DNA of 63,743 nt, counting the filler, from Raillietiella orientalis (taxonomy: Eukaryota), in the NCBI GenBank assembly GCA_036172245.1. It is 3 parts of 3 records of this genome, joined end to end, with 100 filler letters (N's around TTAATTAATTAA, not from the genome) between each part and the next. Parts side by side here need not be neighbours in the genome. Positions count along the whole stretch, not along the records: positions 42,973 to 63,743 come from JAYWIR010000234.1; 2 more parts are not named here. One strand, written 5' to 3'. The notes under the pieces were generated by a model. The model saw only the letters and a list, made by a program, of their open reading frames with translations, was not told where the DNA came from and made no database searches. Each line of letters starts with the position of its first letter. Position 1 is the stretch's first letter. The translations under genes were made by a program, and so were the position numbers. Below are positions 60,901 to 63,743 of this stretch, piece by piece.

Positions 60901-63743
60901 GCATTTTGAAGATTCTATTTCTATGCTGGAAGAGGAAGTAGATTGATTCCAACCATTTTGATGTCTCAGGATTAAGACCGAATTCATCGGGAAGCGGCCA
61001 TGGTCGTTTACATGCAAGTTTGGAGATTTGGACGGAAAACACCACATTGGAAATAAAAAAGATAAAGGAATTTGTTTGATGCACTTTGAGGATTCTATCT
61101 CTATGCTGGAAGTGGAAGTACATTGATTCCAACCATTTTCATGTCTCAGGATTGCGACCGAATTCATCGGGAACCGGCCATGGTCGTTTTGGTGCAAGTG
61201 CGGAGATTTCGACGGAAAACACCACACTGGAAATAGAAAAGATAAAGGAATTTTTTTGATGCACTTTAAAGTTTCTATTACTATGCTGGAAGAGGAAGTA
61301 GATTGCTTCCAACCATTTCGATGTCTCAGGATTGCGACCGAATTCATCGGGAACCGGCCATGGTCGTTTAGGTGCAAGTGCGGAGATATGGACGGAAAAC
61401 ACCACATTGGAAATAGAAAAGATAGAGGAATTTTTTGCATACACTTTGAAGATTGTATTTGGATGCAGGAAGTGGAAGTAGATTGCTTCCAACCATTTTG
61501 ATGTCTAAGGATTGCGACCGAATTCATCGGGAACCGGCCATGGTCGTTTAGGTGCAAGTGCGGAGATTTGGACGGAAAACACCCCATTGGAAACAGAAAA
61601 GATAGAAGAATTTTTTTGATGCATTTTGAAGATTCTATTTCTATGCTGGAAGTGGAAGTAGATTGATTCCAACCATTTTCAGGTCTCAGGATTGCGACCG
61701 AATTCATCGGGAAGCGGCCATGGTCGTTTACGTGCAAGTGCGCAGATTTGGACGGAAAACACCACATTGGAAATAGAAAAGATAGAGGAATTTTTAGGAA
61801 GCACTTTGAAGATTCAATTTCTATGCTGGAAGACGAAGTAGATTGCTTCCAACCATTTTGATGTCTCAGGATTGCGACCGAATTCATCGGGAAACGGCCA
61901 TGGTCGTTTTGGTGCAAGTGCGGAGATTTGGACGGAAAACACCACATTGGAAATAGAAAAGATAGAGGAATTTTTTTGATGCACTTTGAAGATTCTATTT
62001 CTATGCTGGAAAGGAAGTAGATTGATTCCAACCATTTTCATGTCTCAGGATTGCGACCGAATTCATCGGGAAGCGGCCATGGTCGTTTACGTGCAAGTGC
62101 GGAGATTTGGACGGAAAACACCACATTGGAAATAGAAAAGATAGAGGAATTTTTTGCATGCACTTTGAAGATTCTATTTCTATGCTGGAAGAGGAAGTAG
62201 ATTGATTCCAACCATTTTGATGTCTCAGGATTGCGACCGAATTCATCGGGAAGCGGCCATGGTCGTTTAGGTGCAAGTGCGGAGATTTGGACGGAAAACA
62301 CCACATTGGAAATAGAAAAGATAGAGGAATTTTTGTGATGCATTTTGAAGATTCTATTTCTATGCTGGAAGACGAAGTAGATTGATTCCAACCATTTTGA
62401 TGTCTCAGGATTGCGACCGAATTCATCGGGAAACGGCCATGGTCGTTTTGGTGCAAGTGCGGAGATTTGGACGGAAAACACCACATTGGAAATAGAAAAG
62501 ATAGAGGAATTTTTGATGCACTTTGAAGATTCTATTTGGATGCAGGAAGTGGAAGTAGATTGATTCCAACCATTTTGATGTCTCAGGATTGCGACCGAAT
62601 TCATCGGGAACCGGCCATGGTCGTTTTGGTGCAAGTGCGGAGATTTGGACGGAAAACACCACATTGGAAATAGAAAAGATAGAGGAATTTTCTTGCTGCA
62701 TTTTGAAGATTCTATTTCTATGCTGGAAGAGGAAGTAGATTGATTCCAACCATTTTGATGTCTCAGGATTGAGACCGAATTCATCGGGAAGCGGCCATGG
62801 TCGTTTACATGCAAGTTTGGAGATTTGGACGGAAAACACCACATTGGAAATAAAAAAGATAAAGGAATTTGTTTGATGCACTTTGAGGATTCTATCTCTA
62901 TGCTGGAAGTGGAAGTACATTGATTCCAACCATTTTCATGTCTCAGGATTGCGACCGAATTCATCGGGAACCGGCCATGGTCGTTTTGGTGCAAGTGCGG
63001 AGATTTGGACGGAAAACACCACATTGGAAATAGAAAAGATAGAGGAATTTTTTTGATGCACTTTGAAGATTCTATTTCTATGCTGGAAGAGGAAGTAGAT
63101 TGCTTCCAACCATTTTGATGTCTCAGGATTGCGACCGAATTCATCGGGAAACGGCCATGGTCGTTTTGGTGCAAGTGCGGAGATTTGGACGGAAAACACC
63201 ACATTGGAAATAGAAAAGATAGAGGAATTTTTTTGATCCACTTTGAAGATTCTATTTGGATGCAGGAAGTGGAAGTAGATTGCTTCCAACCATTTTGATG
63301 TCTCAGGATTGCGACCGAATTCATCGGGAACCGGCCATGGTCGTTTTGGTGCAAGTGCGGAGATTTGGACGGAAAACACCACATTGGAAATAGAAAAGAT
63401 AGAGGAATTTTTTTGATGCATTTTGAAGATTCTATTTCTATGCTGGAAGTGGAAGTAGATTGATTCCAACCATTTTGATGTCTCAGGATTGCGACCGAAT
63501 TCATCGGGAAGCGGCCATGGTCGTTTAGGTGCAAGTGCGGAGATTTGGACGGAAAACACCACATTGGAAATAGAAAAGATAGAGGAATTTTTTGGATGCA
63601 CTTTGAAGATTCTATTTCTATGCTGGAAGTGGAAGTAGATTGCTTCCAACCATTTTGATGTCTCAGGATTGCGACCGAATTCATCGGGAACCGGCCATGG
63701 TCGTTTTGGTGCAAGTGCGGAGATTTGGACGGAAAACACCACA
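42973..63743. repeat. Tandem satellite array, 180 bp monomer, about 115 copies
   Basis: The unit recurs every 180 nt (GTCTCAGGATTGCGACCGAATTCATCGGGAA..CCATGGTCGTTT..GGAAAACACCACATTGGAAATAG..GAAGTAGATTG.TTCCAACCATTTT). Most units have GAATTC and CCATGG sites; no evident similarity to the 278-bp satellite. Confidence 0.98.

Noticed and set aside
43203..63742. Long minus-strand ORFs (up to 914 aa) made of a 60-aa repeat
   Set aside because: 180 is divisible by 3 and two frames happen to lack stops. Both frames are open at once, stops and frame switches are scattered, and no domain is recognisable.
1..63743. Satellite-LINE island-satellite arrangement as a centromere-like locus
   Set aside because: The three parts are separate contigs joined by artificial linkers, so their order carries no positional information.

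Overview
Eukaryotic DNA, probably metazoan judging by the PP2A B'' homolog. The window holds three contigs joined by identical artificial 100-nt linkers (44 N + TTAATTAATTAA + 44 N), so adjacency across the linkers is not biological. Contig 1 (1-21727) is an array of about 78 copies of a 277-278 bp satellite with imperfect higher-order structure. Contig 3 (42973-63743) is an array of about 115 copies of a 180 bp satellite; its long ORFs are artefacts of the repeat. Contig 2 (21828-42872) is made entirely of nested, decayed non-LTR retrotransposon pieces from several diverged L1/Tx1-like families (CCHC-knuckle ORF1; APE-RT-CCHC ORF2), plus an intronless PP2A B'' retrocopy inserted into one of them. 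Four signals stand out. (1) The 3' ends have no poly(A) tail and carry two hairpins; one keeps an invariant CUGCGU loop on completely different stems in three families. (2) An ORF1-only, HAL1-like element shares the terminal part of that 3' end. (3) A 5'-inverted insertion has its inversion point at the same codons where it interrupted a homologous antisense LINE, suggesting homology-guided twin priming. (4) ORF1 keeps a CxVx(L/I/V) motif that could be an HP1-type heterochromatin tether. Element labels A-I are mine, and junctions are read by eye (about +/-5-25 nt).
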